This document shows positions 1 to 12,340 of a DNA stretch of 64,000 nucleotides, one piece after another; the first letter of the stretch is position 1; the number at the start of each line of letters is the position of its first letter. A program made the translations under genes and the position numbers. The stretch comes from Callorhinchus milii (lineage: Eukaryota): NCBI RefSeq assembly GCF_018977255.1, contig NW_024704742.1, positions 50,532,001-50,596,000 of the forward strand. Direction: 5' to 3'. A model generated the notes under the pieces. That model made no database searches, had not been told where the DNA came from, and saw nothing but the letters and a program-made list of their open reading frames with translations.

Positions 1-194
1 TCAATTTCCTCTGGCACAATGATTAGTCATTGCAAAGTGCCCTAAAATGGCAGGAAAATAGTGAGACGATGGCAAAAAATAAAAAACATCCTGATTAAAT
101 GCTCACACAATGTATCTCTAATCATCAGCAGGAAATCTGTGCAAGCCACATGTGAAGCCAGTGCCAGAATCATTCACAAGTCCACAAGAGAAGT

Positions 195-425
195 TTGAAT
201 GAAGATGGTCCTTCATCCCATTTGATCTCAACCTTCGAAAATGTAAACCCTACATTTTTTCCATTACAGCATCAAGCTGTTTCTCAAATGAATCCAGTGT
301 ACTGACCTCTACCATCATTCCTAGTGACCTGGTCCAGTTGTTGACTATGCTCTGTGTAAAGAAGCAATTCTTGGTGTCTGTCTTAAAATTTTCCTTCAAA
401 ACCCTGAACCTGTTCTTTTTTGGGA
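195..425 (-). mobile_element. Diverged CR1 3' fragment; similar relics at ~1540-1760, 20425-20637, 26745-26845, 35010-35235, 50903-51230, 55870-56060
   Basis: KNCFFTQSIVNNW...DSFEKQLD, CR1 ORF2 C-terminal motif. Confidence 0.7.
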
Positions 426-3400
426 TCCTAAACATTGCAGTTTTGTCAATTACAGTATCAGCCAGGTAAATATTTTACTAGGGCTTGAGAATTCTGTTTA
501 TACTATTTTATAAAAATAGTGATGCAGTGTCTATTTTATTGTTTTAAACATTTTAAATCTTGCAGAATCTTTGTGTCAGCTGGGAAGCCCTAGGATGAAA
601 TCCAAAGTTATTGTTCAATATAACACACACTTTTAATTCTTTACTATAACAAAAATAAATTTGAGGGGGGTGGGAGAAGAGTAATTTCATTGTTAAGATT
701 ATGATGACAAAGAATCATCTGTGAACCTACAGAAAAGATGTGATTATCACCAAGCTGCTCTGAATCTGCTTGAACCCATTAGATATTTATTTTCTCTCCT
801 TTAGTTCTGCAAACATGTGATGCATCTGTTGAAAGGCTGTTACTGCACTGAATTTTGAATTTAGTACAGCTGCGTGTTTGGATTTCAGTTTAAGCAATGG
901 GTTTTCAGGAACACAAATGGTTTGCACTAAATTTAATTTATATTTAATGTTTTTATGTAACACAAAGTGCCATCTTAAAATTACTTGAGGTTTAGTCACA
1001 AAGATCTCTAGGAAAGAATGTCATCTACATGAAAGTGTTTCTGTCCAAACAAATCTCGGTATGATTGCCTTTTAAAACCTTTCCTGCTTTTTGAAAATCC
1101 TTCAAATATCATTGCAAATGGACTTGAAGCTAAATATTTTTCCTAAACATTGAATTGTTAAATTGTATGAAAGTAAATTGGCATGAGTCTATTTTAATAA
1201 TGCTGTTAAATGGTGTTAAATCCCTCATCTGCTTTTGAAATCACAATCATGCTAAAATGTTCAATGTTTTGTTTGCAAATGAGGAAGAAAAAGAATGGAA
1301 CAAGTTCTGTTTTTTGTGTACATTTTGAAGAATGCTTCACTTGTAAAGTAGCTTGCAGCAATCCATTGCTCAGAATGTGAAGGTGAACTTCATGAATGCT
1401 AAAGCCAGCAGCTCACATTCAGCTCACATTCTTTGCTGATGATTAGAAGCTAAAACATTGTGCTCATTAGTACTTGGGTAATTAAACCAGACCAAGAACC
1501 AGGTCTGGCACATCAGAGTTTTCAACATTAGCTTTACACAAGATCATAAGTAAGGTTCAGATGAAGAAGGTCCTGAATTCAGCCCACTTGGTCTCATCCA
1601 ACCAAAATACCCACCCTGCCATCCTCTCATCATCATAATCATATTTTTTAAATGAATCCAACATCCTGGCCTCAACTGCCCTTCCTGGGAACCTGTTTGA
1701 GTCGTTAATTACCCTGTGGGTTAAGAAATACTTCCCAGTGTGTCCCGAAATTGCCCATTAAGAGTGAAATTGTCTGAAAGTAAGACTTTCCATAGCAGCT
1801 ACTTGTCTGTGTGTTTTCTCAACAACATGAAAACAAACTGAACATGAACAAGAATTGGAATATTTAGCATTTATAGAAGGACACTTAGAAAACATTCTTC
1901 CAAGCCAGTGATTTATTGATTCAAAATCTTATTTATTATGAATTACTACCCTTCAAATAATTACAAAGTCTGAATTATTAACAGGGCATACATTTGCAGA
2001 ACACAGTTATGAAGCATTCATGCTTAGTATTCAGTGCATTTGTTTCAGAATATGATACTTTCTAGGAAGGAGTCAACATTGTGACTCTGACTTGCTTTTA
2101 ATATTACACTGTTGAATGAATACAGAAATTTTGTTGTGATAATTAGCTTTCTAATTACTTTAACATTTTTATGGGAGGAATTACACCCAGGTCTACATTT
2201 ACTCCTTTATGTGGCAATTATATAGAGCATCCAGAATTTAGCAAATTATTGAATTCCATCTTAAAATTTAAGACAGTTTTTTGTACATTAAAGAAATACA
2301 CTTTAAAATTAAAACTCAATTTAAAAATTTGCGAAATTCTGGACGCTCCAATAATCTACATAAATCTAGACTGAGAATTTCTCCCCTGCTTTCTTTAGTT
2401 CTATAATTCATCAAAGAGAAATAAATAAGAACAAAGTAATTAATAAGTGCAGCAAGTAGACTTAAGGAATAAACAAAGATAAAGGAAGAATGAAGAGGTA
2501 TGTGACCTATTGATATTCCTGCATGTATTCTTCCTCAGAAAAATAACAAAGCACTGAAGTAAGCAAAGCTGGCAATGTAATGGTGATTGTGTCTTGCTGA
2601 ACAAACTGGGAGAAAGGGATAGTTGCAGGAATTTTGACTCTTTGTCAATCTTTGTTTTACCACATTGTGTTCTGTTCTGCATACGGCTTTAACACACTTA
2701 ATTCTTCAATTGATTTTCGACCTTATAAAGCACAGGATATGATGGTTTCTCTGCTACTGAGGATTGTAGGGATGAGATAATTAATGTGTATGAAAAGGAA
2801 ATTAGCCCACGTTAAGAAATGATATAATCTCGAGTTTCATTGGCTTACTTTTAGTGATCTAGCTTGATGAAGGATGCAGAGATATGCTCCAAGATTTGTC
2901 TGCCCTAAAATTGCCCTCTCACATCACTCTCTTGTCCTGTTATCTTGGAAATACTTACAAATGTTGTTCTATCTTCACTATTCCATTAAGCATCTTATGT
3001 GTATATTAATGTTCCTTATAACAGGTAAGTTAAGGCTGAAGAGTCCTAATTTATCTAGTCGTATCTAAATTAGTATGATGTTGTGACGAAAAACTATTAA
3101 AGCAGTTCCTACAATGTCTCTGAAATGGAGCTGAGTTTGTTCAAAATAAATCATATAATCATATGGAAATCTTTCTCCTAACTCCAGATTTAGATGGTGG
3201 GAGGTGATTAAGGGATACAAATCGAGTGACATACCTTGTATCCAATAAATATGGCACTGATCCCAGATGGAACATTGCTGCTGCAATGAAGATTTGGAGG
3301 AATTAAAAAAAACTTGTGTTTGATATACTGTAGAACCTTTCATGTCAGGAGGACTTCTTAAAGCATTTCATATGGTAAAGTGGAGTGACTGGGTACTTTG

Positions 3401-3716
3401 CAGGCAAACTGAATCTCAAATGGTCCAGAATCTGCACCAAAACCTACTGAACTATTTGGTAGATTTGGTGTCATAACAATAAAGCACAGCTCGGGATGAC
3501 TCCAAACAACTGCAGATTTCTCTCATTTGTGACAGACTTATAATATGAATCATTAATACAGATTCCAAGTTACAAATAGGGGATTGTGCCAGTAACCAGA
3601 AGTGCATCATGCAGACCTGCAGCAACCTATAGATTAGTGTACATTTCTGGTTACTATTAGGGTGATCAGAATCTGTGCAACTATATCATAGTATGGGGAG
3701 GGAGGGAAAGAATCAC

Positions 3717-4365
3717 AATGCCTTTGGTAGCACATTTGCCCCTGAGTCAGAAAACTGTGGGTTCAAGCCCCATGTTGGGACATTGAGCTCACAGTCTAAG
3801 CTGATACCCCAATACAGTACTAGGGGTGTCCTGTATTGCCTAATAATAATCCCTCCAAAACAAAACAATAATAAATTGGTCATTTTCAATCCACGACTGT
3901 TTGTGGGACACTGCTGTGTGCAACTGGCTGCCGCGTTTCACCCACAAATATACGGTCAATTCACTTTACAGTCTATTCTGTGAAACGCTTTGAGACAGCG
4001 AGAAGACGTGAAAAGCGCTACATCAAATGCAAGGATTTTTATATTATTATTATTGTTGGAGGTGCTGTCCTTCGGATGAGACTTTAAATCTATTTGCATG
4101 TTCGGGTGGATGCTAAAGATCCCATGGCACTATTCATGAAGTGAAGGGAGTTTCTCGAGTGTCCTGGCCAACAAGCCCCAAATAAAGTTGTTCACTTACT
4201 TTGTTTGTGCAAAATTGCTGCACACAAATTGGGTGTTGCATTCACCAACAAGATACACAGGCACTTATGACAAGATACACAGATGAGACACTTCAAAGTG
4301 TATCCAGTAAAATGCTTTGAGCCGTCCTCCCATGTAAAAGGTGTTATATCAAATGCAAATATTAT
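3717..4365 (+). mobile_element. Old Deu-domain tRNA SINE interrupted by a younger truncated SINE (~3841-4052)
   Basis: Head CCTGAGTCAGAA..GGGTTCAAGCCCC, Deu-like GGTGCTGTCCTTCGGATGAGAC...AAAGATCCCATGGCACTATT; related relics at ~11390-11600, 16840-16995, 24890-25142, 44900-45320, 53300-53645. Confidence 0.75.
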
Positions 4366-4373
4366 TAGAAATA

Positions 4374-4547
4374 TTCTGGTAACTATTCAGGGCACCCTGG
4401 ATTCAAATCATTTCCATATCCTGAAGCTAATAAACTGGAAACAATATAATGCCATTATATCTTGAAAAAGATTATATTGTTTCCAGTTTATTAGCTTCAG
4501 GATATGGAAATGATTTGAAACCAGGGTGCCCTGAATAGTTACCAGAA
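4374..4547. repeat. Long inverted repeat (77-bp arms, 1 mismatch, 20-nt loop)
   Basis: 4374-4450 is the reverse complement of 4471-4547. Confidence 0.95.
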
Positions 4548-6742
4548 AATTCACTGGAAAGGACAAACCTTAGTTTCTGAAGTTGCAAATTTCCCTAAAA
4601 TGGGTCAAAATCATGCTGTCATTCCATCAACAAGACTCTCTTCACCACTACGTTCTTGCATAGTGGTGAAGAATATAATACCACATAGGCAAAAACAATG
4701 CCATTCCATGTGTGCTGACCATGCTGGATGGAAATTAGTTCCTAGGGGTCCTTAGAACATATAACATTTACTGACAGAGCAAAATAGGCTCAGTATTTTA
4801 CATTTGTTTGTTTAAAGGAATTAAAATAATGGTTTAAGGATGAATTGAGAATTAGGTGTAGTCTTTATAAAGAGTTTGGACACGTAATGCATATTCTGAA
4901 CTTGCTCTAGCTTTCACTTAGACAGCTCTCAAAGCAATTCTATTATCAAAATTAGAAAGGGGTAGCAAACTTCCTTTAAGTTTTATACAGCTAGCCATAG
5001 TTAATCTCCTGTATAATAATCATATAATACATGAGGTATAAACCATTTCCCTTAGTAAATTCATTGTTACAATTTGACTTCAAACTAGTCTGAATATTTA
5101 CCAAAATAGGAAACCATTGTGCCCTGATTTCTGTTCTCCACTTTCCTGTCATTGCACAGCACAAAGACAAAACGTTTAAATTTCAGTAACATTTACAAGC
5201 CAAGTTGTACGTATGTTGTGTAGTGAGCTGTTTCCCATAGAAAGGGATGGGGGGTTTCATTCTAAAGAATGTTAAGAACAACGTCTGTATGGTACATAAA
5301 GGACTCTGTTTTCAATATTTTCATGTGTAGATAGCTTACCATTTGTTCCACTGGCAAACATGCTTGTAGATAACTGCAGATTTTCTACTCTGTATCTGAA
5401 ATTGCTGCAATTGCTGATTTCTGATGCTTATCTGTCATGACAAAGTGATTTTGAGTATTTGTTTTTTCATGAAAGACATTCATTTGTGTCTGACCACTTT
5501 TTTTCCCATTACACAATAAGTGTTTTTTAAGCTAAAGTTAACCGTGCTTCTATTCTCCAGTCAGTTTTTTTCCTTTCTTTAAATATTTGAAAGAACTGAT
5601 CAGTAAGAAGAGGTCAATTTTTTTTCTTAAATATCAGTTTTATTACACTCCAGTGCTGAGCAAGCTGAAAAAGAAGCAATTAACAGGAAGATGCCTAAAT
5701 GTCTCACATTTCTAATTCTGTAATGAGTTTTAAATGATCTACAAGAAACATAAATGATTTTTATGAAATATGTAATTCCTTGATTAGATGATGTTATTCC
5801 AAAAAAAAGCAAAGGTGTTGTTTTGAATGGAAAATCACATTAGAGGCTTAAAGGTGGCACATGTTAAAATGGTAATGCAAACACTGCATTTGTCTTCAAC
5901 ACTGTGCAGACCTTTCAAACTGTGGTGGAATTACTTCTTTAAGCCTCTGCAGTGTCCTTTGCAATTCTTAATAAGGACGCAAAGACACATACCAGATTAT
6001 TTCCCAGCCTGTGTTCAGTAAGATTGAGGAATAGAGTGTGTAATAATGAAGTGGTGCTGTGCTATTTGTATGAAATCTTTTGTGCCACATGTTTATAAAC
6101 TTTCTGCACTGTAAATATAGTTATCAAATGTTGGCCTGTGTGTCACCATGGAAAAAGAATAACATGTTACAAATAAACTGAGGAAATTCTAAACCTTTTT
6201 TTCAGATTGTCAATGTTGCAATGGACTATTCGTTTTAAATCATAAATTCAGCATTAGAATATTGAAGTGTATTTTGCATTATTCCAATCCAAGGGATAAA
6301 ACAAAGACAAATTCAGCTGTGAATTGACTTGAATTGAAAATCTTCTCGAACTATAGTACATTTTGGCTGCTTTCAGTACCAACGACAGTGAACAGCTTAA
6401 AAGAAGAAATATCCTCCATCCAAAACATACAGAATAAATGGTTACTGATGCACGACAAAGTAAAACACAGAAATAGCTGCATAGTCTGATGTTGTTGCCT
6501 GTTTGCCCACAGAACGATGATTTTGATTCCCATAAAACCATCATTAAAGTGAAATTTTGATTTCTTTCCATATTACCAAAGAGTTGACAATGATTCTGGA
6601 AATACATTTCTAGCAACTATCTCTTTAACTAATGTCATTAACTCTAACCCAGCACACACCCAAAGCAGTATTGGGGATCTACTTACAACACTATTGAAGT
6701 CTTCACAAAAGGATATAAATTTCCATTTCAATCAGAGGTTAA

Positions 6743-6978
6743 GGCTATGGTAGCTTAATGGTTAGACCACTCACCTCACAAGCCTCACGAGACCTGGGTT
6801 CAATTCCCGGCAGGTCACTTCAATCCATGACTGTTTGTGAGATACTGTGCACAATTGATTGCCACGTTTTCCCCACAAAATATATAGTCAATACACTTTA
6901 CAGTATATTCTGTGAAGCACTTTGAGACATCTCACTTACATGATAAGGGGCTATATAGCAAATGCAAGCATTATTATT
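6743..6978 (+). mobile_element. SINE with internal deletion
   Basis: tRNA head joined directly to core; tail present. Confidence 0.85.
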
Positions 6979-8934
6979 TACAAAAAAAATTAAACACAAT
7001 ATCAGTACTTATCCAATGTTACCTCCACAATAATTCAATTTGGAAATATCCATCTCACCAAAAAATACAAACCACAACTGGTTTGAACCAAACTGTGAAC
7101 TGTTGGCCACAGAGGAATATTAACCATTTTCTCTCATCCACAAATTATTGGTCCTAGAAATACTTCTTTCCAAACCCTCCTCATTGTTTGTTCCTTCATT
7201 AAAGGCACAGCAGTGGAAAAGTGTGGGATGTGAAACTTATTGTGCACAAAGCTTTCTGTGCAGAGGAAGATTACTGATGTAGACAACTACACACATAACT
7301 GACTTTCAACTAAGGTAATCTATATGGTTGAGAGCAGAATTGGAAAGAATGTTTAACTTAAAGGAACATGTTCCCTATTACATCTGTTGTCCAATCCATA
7401 ATGTTGGGATCTTTCATAGCAGCCTGGAACATACTTTCACCAATACTTGACCGTAAATCAGCAATGGCTTTAAAGCAATGTGAAATAATGGAATTTACAG
7501 AGTAAGGTCCCGGGCAGGGCAAAACCTTAGGTAAGTTTCATTACTCTGCACGCCTCCGTTTATCTAGCAGTAAGTAAGAACCGGTTGTTAATCAATTGGC
7601 GGATCGATTTCCAAGGGTAATAATCTCTTTAAAAAAATAATAATAATAATTTGGTCACTCAATCCACAACTGTTTGTGGGACACTGTTGTATGCAATTAG
7701 TGGCTGCATTTCGCCGACTAAATATACAGTCAATTCACTTTACAATATATTCTGTGAAGCGCTTTAAGATGTCTCAATGACATGATAAGACACTAAATCA
7801 AATGCAAGCAACATTGTTTTTTATATCACCCATATGAGGGCTCTCAGGTGTTTATGGTGATAAAAATGATATTTTTAATACCAAAGGAAAAAAGGCTTGC
7901 AGAATTTGGCTAGAATTTAAACATAGGGTTAGGGTTAGGCATTATTTTATTCTAAATTCTGTCAGTAACTGTACAAATATTTGAACTAATTTTTTCCTCT
8001 CCAGAGATAAAGTTCATGTTGTACACGGAACCATATGTATATGTACATCATCCTAACTCATAAGAGACAACCTTGGGTTGGAGTTGAGGTCTGACGAATA
8101 GTGATGTACTCGGATTCCCTTAGCAAACATACGTTACATCCTTCAGTGCTTTTCCAAATGAACGATTTTCAACACCAAAACCTTATGTTTGTTTGAGCCA
8201 AGATGCTTTCAGGTTAGCTGTACTTTCTTTACTAGAGATAATAAAATTTTGCATGCAGTATAGCCATTTGAGATCAATATCATTTTATGAGCAAAAATAT
8301 GATCAAGTTGGATTTACCTAACAATGATTTATTGGCAGTTCTAAAGTAAACAAACTTTACAATTCAGTAATTAAATGGATCAATTGATTGAATTCTAAAA
8401 TGAAATGTATTTTGAGAATAGGTTTACAAATTAATAAAATTTGGAATACAAATTTAAAATATAAAATAATTTAGAAACTTGATGCAATTCCACACAAGAC
8501 GCAAGCATTTGCCATCCAATTCACTCACTTTCTCTAATTCGTGCTGAATTATAGTTCCACGGACATCAGTTACTCTCTGATACATTTTCCAAGTGATTAT
8601 TCTTCAGTTTCCTGGACAGTAAATGTCTGAAGGCTATTAAATTGTGGAGCATTGCAAAGGACCTTAATCTTGTCCTCCCTGATACAGGCACACTCCTTCC
8701 AACAGAGGTCACTGGATAACAAGTGGAGGAACCCTCCATAATCCAGGGTGTTTGTGACAATTGCAGTGTCTTATTGAAGCCCTGACTACAATCAATTAAC
8801 TCATCATTTCAGGGATCAACCAAGCATCTACCAACCAGGATTCAATATTTTCAAACCCTTGCAAAATCAAATTGTGAATACCAATCAAATGATATTTGAA
8901 TTCTATTGTCAGAGTATCACGTTGCTACTAAAGT

Positions 8935-10230
8935 AATAACAACAACAACTTGCCTTTATATAGTGCCTTTCATCTCTAGAGTAATGTCTTGGAGTACTTT
9001 ACAAAGACATGGTGAATAATGCGGGTTGTTGGAGATGGAAGGAAGGAGTTGACCATAGGCCTCTCTCAGAGACAAATTTGCTGGCAGGTTTTGAAGACAG
9101 ATTGAGAGGGGGTGAAATGGAGGAGTTGAGGGAGGTAGGATGGTGCAGTGATGAGGCTGAGGAGACATGAAATGTGCAAAAGACCCAAGTTTGGTGAACA
9201 GAATGGATGAGTAGAAGAATGAGACTGGAGAAGATTACAGAAAAGAGCTGTGAGGTCGTGTATGGATTGTATGTGAGAGTGACCATTTTAAAAATGATCC
9301 ATCGGGAGATAGAGAGATAGTGGAGCCTGGCAAAGATAGGGATTATGGGCATATAACATTGAGATTTGTTTGGGTAATGGCAGCATTACTTAAACAAATG
9401 GTAAGATCCTGGGAACAAAGTTTGGGATGAACTGGAACATTAGGATTGTAGTCTTGGGGAGGCTGTTGGGGAGACATTTTACAAACTGAATCTGGAGGTT
9501 ATGATAGCATGAATGAGGGTCTCAGAAACATAGAACGTGAGATATGAATGGAGTTGGGCAATGCAGATGAAGATCCAGGAAAGCAGTTTTGGTCAGACAC
9601 TGCATGTGAGGGAGAAAAGAGAATTTAGGAACCAAACTCCAATGTCATGCTTTCGTTCAGAGAATTGGAGAGAGGCCAGGAAGGCTGTGAAAGGCAGAGC
9701 CAGAAGCAAGAATGGAACTATGGGACAAAGGCGGGTAATTGTAGTTGATCAGACATGATCTAATAGAATGGCAGAACAGGCTTGAGGGGCTGAATGGTCA
9801 ACTTCTGCTCCTATGTTGCTGAGAAGGCAAGAGCCAAGGAGGATGGCTTCTGCCTTTTCTATGTTCAGGTGAAAAACATTTAGGCTTATCCAGGACCTCA
9901 TGTCTTACAAGCAGGCAGTCATAATATCAATAGATTTGGAATCAAGGGTAGAAGTTAAAGCAGGTTTTGAAGATGGGGTGAGATGCGGGAACCCAGAGGG
10001 ACTCCAGGATGGACTTCCAGAATGTGGAAGCAGAATGGCTGAAAGCTTACTCACTGATGGTGGGTCAGATGGGGCAAGAAGCAGACTGGCGTTTGCTGAG
10101 TGAAGTGAGCGCTCAGGACAGTGCTAAGGATTACAGAAGATCACAGTGGTTGGATGGAGCAAGGCTGTGGAGGGATTTGGAAGTGAAAGCAAGGTCTGCG
10201 TAAGAACAAACTTGAATTCGGGTGCACTTT
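8935..10230 (-). mobile_element. Old, diverged L2-clade LINE 3' fragments (with short CR1 tail near 9740-9800)
   Basis: (TTG)n tail, purine-rich antisense L2 RT C-terminal sequence (cf. LHYLSISRWIIFK). Confidence 0.7.
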
Positions 10231-10681
10231 AAAAAAAACAGAAATTCTGACATATTCCCTACTATAAACAGAAGATATGGCATTGATGCAAGCAAGTTGC
10301 TTATTACATGTTCAAAACACAAGTACTTAGTATTTTTTGTAACCTTGCCACAGATGCTTGATTTTTCAAATGGGGCCTGACATTCCTCTTCTGGTTGAAC
10401 ACAGAGTTAAGCATGTTGAACATGGTTTTTAAAGGAGCTCTTAATAAAATTCCATGAGCTCCCGGCATTTCCAAGTGTCATGCATTTGAAATGAGATTCC
10501 ATTTGCATTAAGCAAAATATACCCTCCAATTATGAATTCATCAGATGCTGAAGTAGATATTGAGCCACTTGGTTGATATAAAAGGTGAAAGGGTCATGAA
10601 TACAGCTGTGGACTCTAGTATTCATGGAGAAAGTTGACCCACCAACAAACAACAAGGCAGAACACATGACTGCATAACAGT

Positions 10682-11117
10682 AGAATTCAAGATCCTCATC
10701 CTCACCTACAAGGCCATTCACGGCCTCGCTCCCTCCTACCTCTCCGACCTACTATCCCCCTACCTACCTGCCTGTACCCTCCGTTCCTCTGGCTCCGGTC
10801 TGCTCCACATCCCCCGCCCCAACTGCCCTACCATCGGTGGCCGGGCCTTCAGCCTCTCAGCCCCGAGGCTCTGGAACTCTATCCCCCAGTGCCTTCGCCT
10901 TGCCTCCTCCCTTTCCTCCTTCAAGGCCGGTCTCAAGACCTTTCTCTTTGACTGAGCCTTCAGCTCCCCTCTCGACTCTCTACCTCCTCCTCGCTCCCTC
11001 CCTTCCCTCCCCTCGCCCTGACCATTTCCCCCCTGCTCGGGTCCTGACCCAACTGTACAGCGCCTTGGGACGTCCTCCCGACGTGAAAGGCGCTCTATAA
11101 ATGGAATCTTGTTGTAG
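10682..11117 (+). mobile_element. L2 LINE 3' end
   Basis: FKILILTYKAIHGLAPSYLSDLL...GGRAFS..APRLWNSIP; tail GGGACGTCCTCCCGACGTGAAAGGCGC + TTG repeats. Confidence 0.92.
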
Positions 11118-11601
11118 ATGACGTGGAAACACCAATGCTGTTGTTAAGACTTGGAGACTAAGTGGGGACCTGAAAGGAACTACCTGCCTTGAAGAAAAGC
11201 AATAATGATTAATGGGGAAGTACAGAGTTACTTTGTTATAATGTAGTCCTCTGGGTTTACTATCTGGCCATGTTATAAGCATGAAAAATGCTTGTCATCA
11301 CTGATGTCACTTCCTATGGGTTGTGTGTTATTTATTGGAAATGGTGCTGATAATGGTGGCAATGTTCATTGACAAAATGTCCTAAACTACAATGCAGTGC
11401 TGGGGAGGTGCTGTATTGTTGAAGGTACCATCATTCTGATGAGATAAAATCAAAGTCCCATCTATTTTTCAGATGGATATTAAAGATGCCATGGCACTAT
11501 TTAAAAACATTACTTCCTCACAGTGTCCTGGCCTACAATCAACTCAATAAAATTGGTCATTTACTTCATGGCTGTTTGTGGGACATTCCAGTTATATTAC
11601 A

Positions 11602-12340
11602 ATAAGATTACATATGTATAGCACCTTTCATGTCGGGAGGACATCCCAAGGTGCCGGACAGTGTACAGCATTTCAGACCTGAGCTAGGGTCAGGGGGGAA
11701 GAAGGGAGAGGGGGGAAGGGGGGTGACCGATGGCATGGTCGAAGAGGAGGGTGTTGAGGCAGGACTTGAAGGAGGCTAAGGAGGGGGCGAGGCGGAGTGA
11801 TTGGGGGATGGAATTCCAGAGGTTGGGGGCAGAGCGGCTGAAGGCTTTCCCGCCAATGGTGGGGCGGGTGGGTCGGAGGACGTGGAGAGGCCGGAGCCGG
11901 CTGAGCGGAGGGAGAGGGCGGGTTGGTAGGGGGTTAGGAGGTCGCAGAGGTAGGGTGGGGTGAGGCCATGGAGGGCTTTGTATGTGAGGACTAGAATCTT
12001 GAACTGGATCCTCTGAAGGATAGAGAGCCAATGGAGTTTGATGAGAATGCAGGAGATGGGGTCACGGAGTTTGGTGCGGGAGAGGACACGGGCTGTAGAG
12101 TTCTGGATTATCTGCAGCCTGTGGAGGGAGAAGTTGGGAAGGTCGACAAGCAGGGGGTTTGCATAGTCGAGCCTGGAGATGATGAAGGCATGAACAAGAG
12201 TTTCAGCGGCCTGAGGGGTGAGGTAGTGGTGGAGTCGGACGTTGTTATGGAGGTGAGGGAAAGGAGAGCGGGTCATGGCTTGGATGTGGGGAAGAAACGA
12301 CAGTTGAGGGTTGAACAAGACACCTAGGTTCCTGACTGAT
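11602..12340 (-). mobile_element. L2 LINE 3' end
   Basis: ORF 11776-12318: AAETLVHAFIISRLDYANPLL...LHWLSILQRIQFKILVLTYKALHG, typical L2 ORF2 C-terminus. Confidence 0.93.

Noticed and set aside
1..6200. GABRB1 coding exons expected from synteny
   Set aside because: No GABA-A receptor TM4 or intracellular-loop peptide found by eye.
11776..12318. 180-aa ORF
   Set aside because: C-terminal fragment of L2 LINE ORF2, 5'-truncated; not a host gene.
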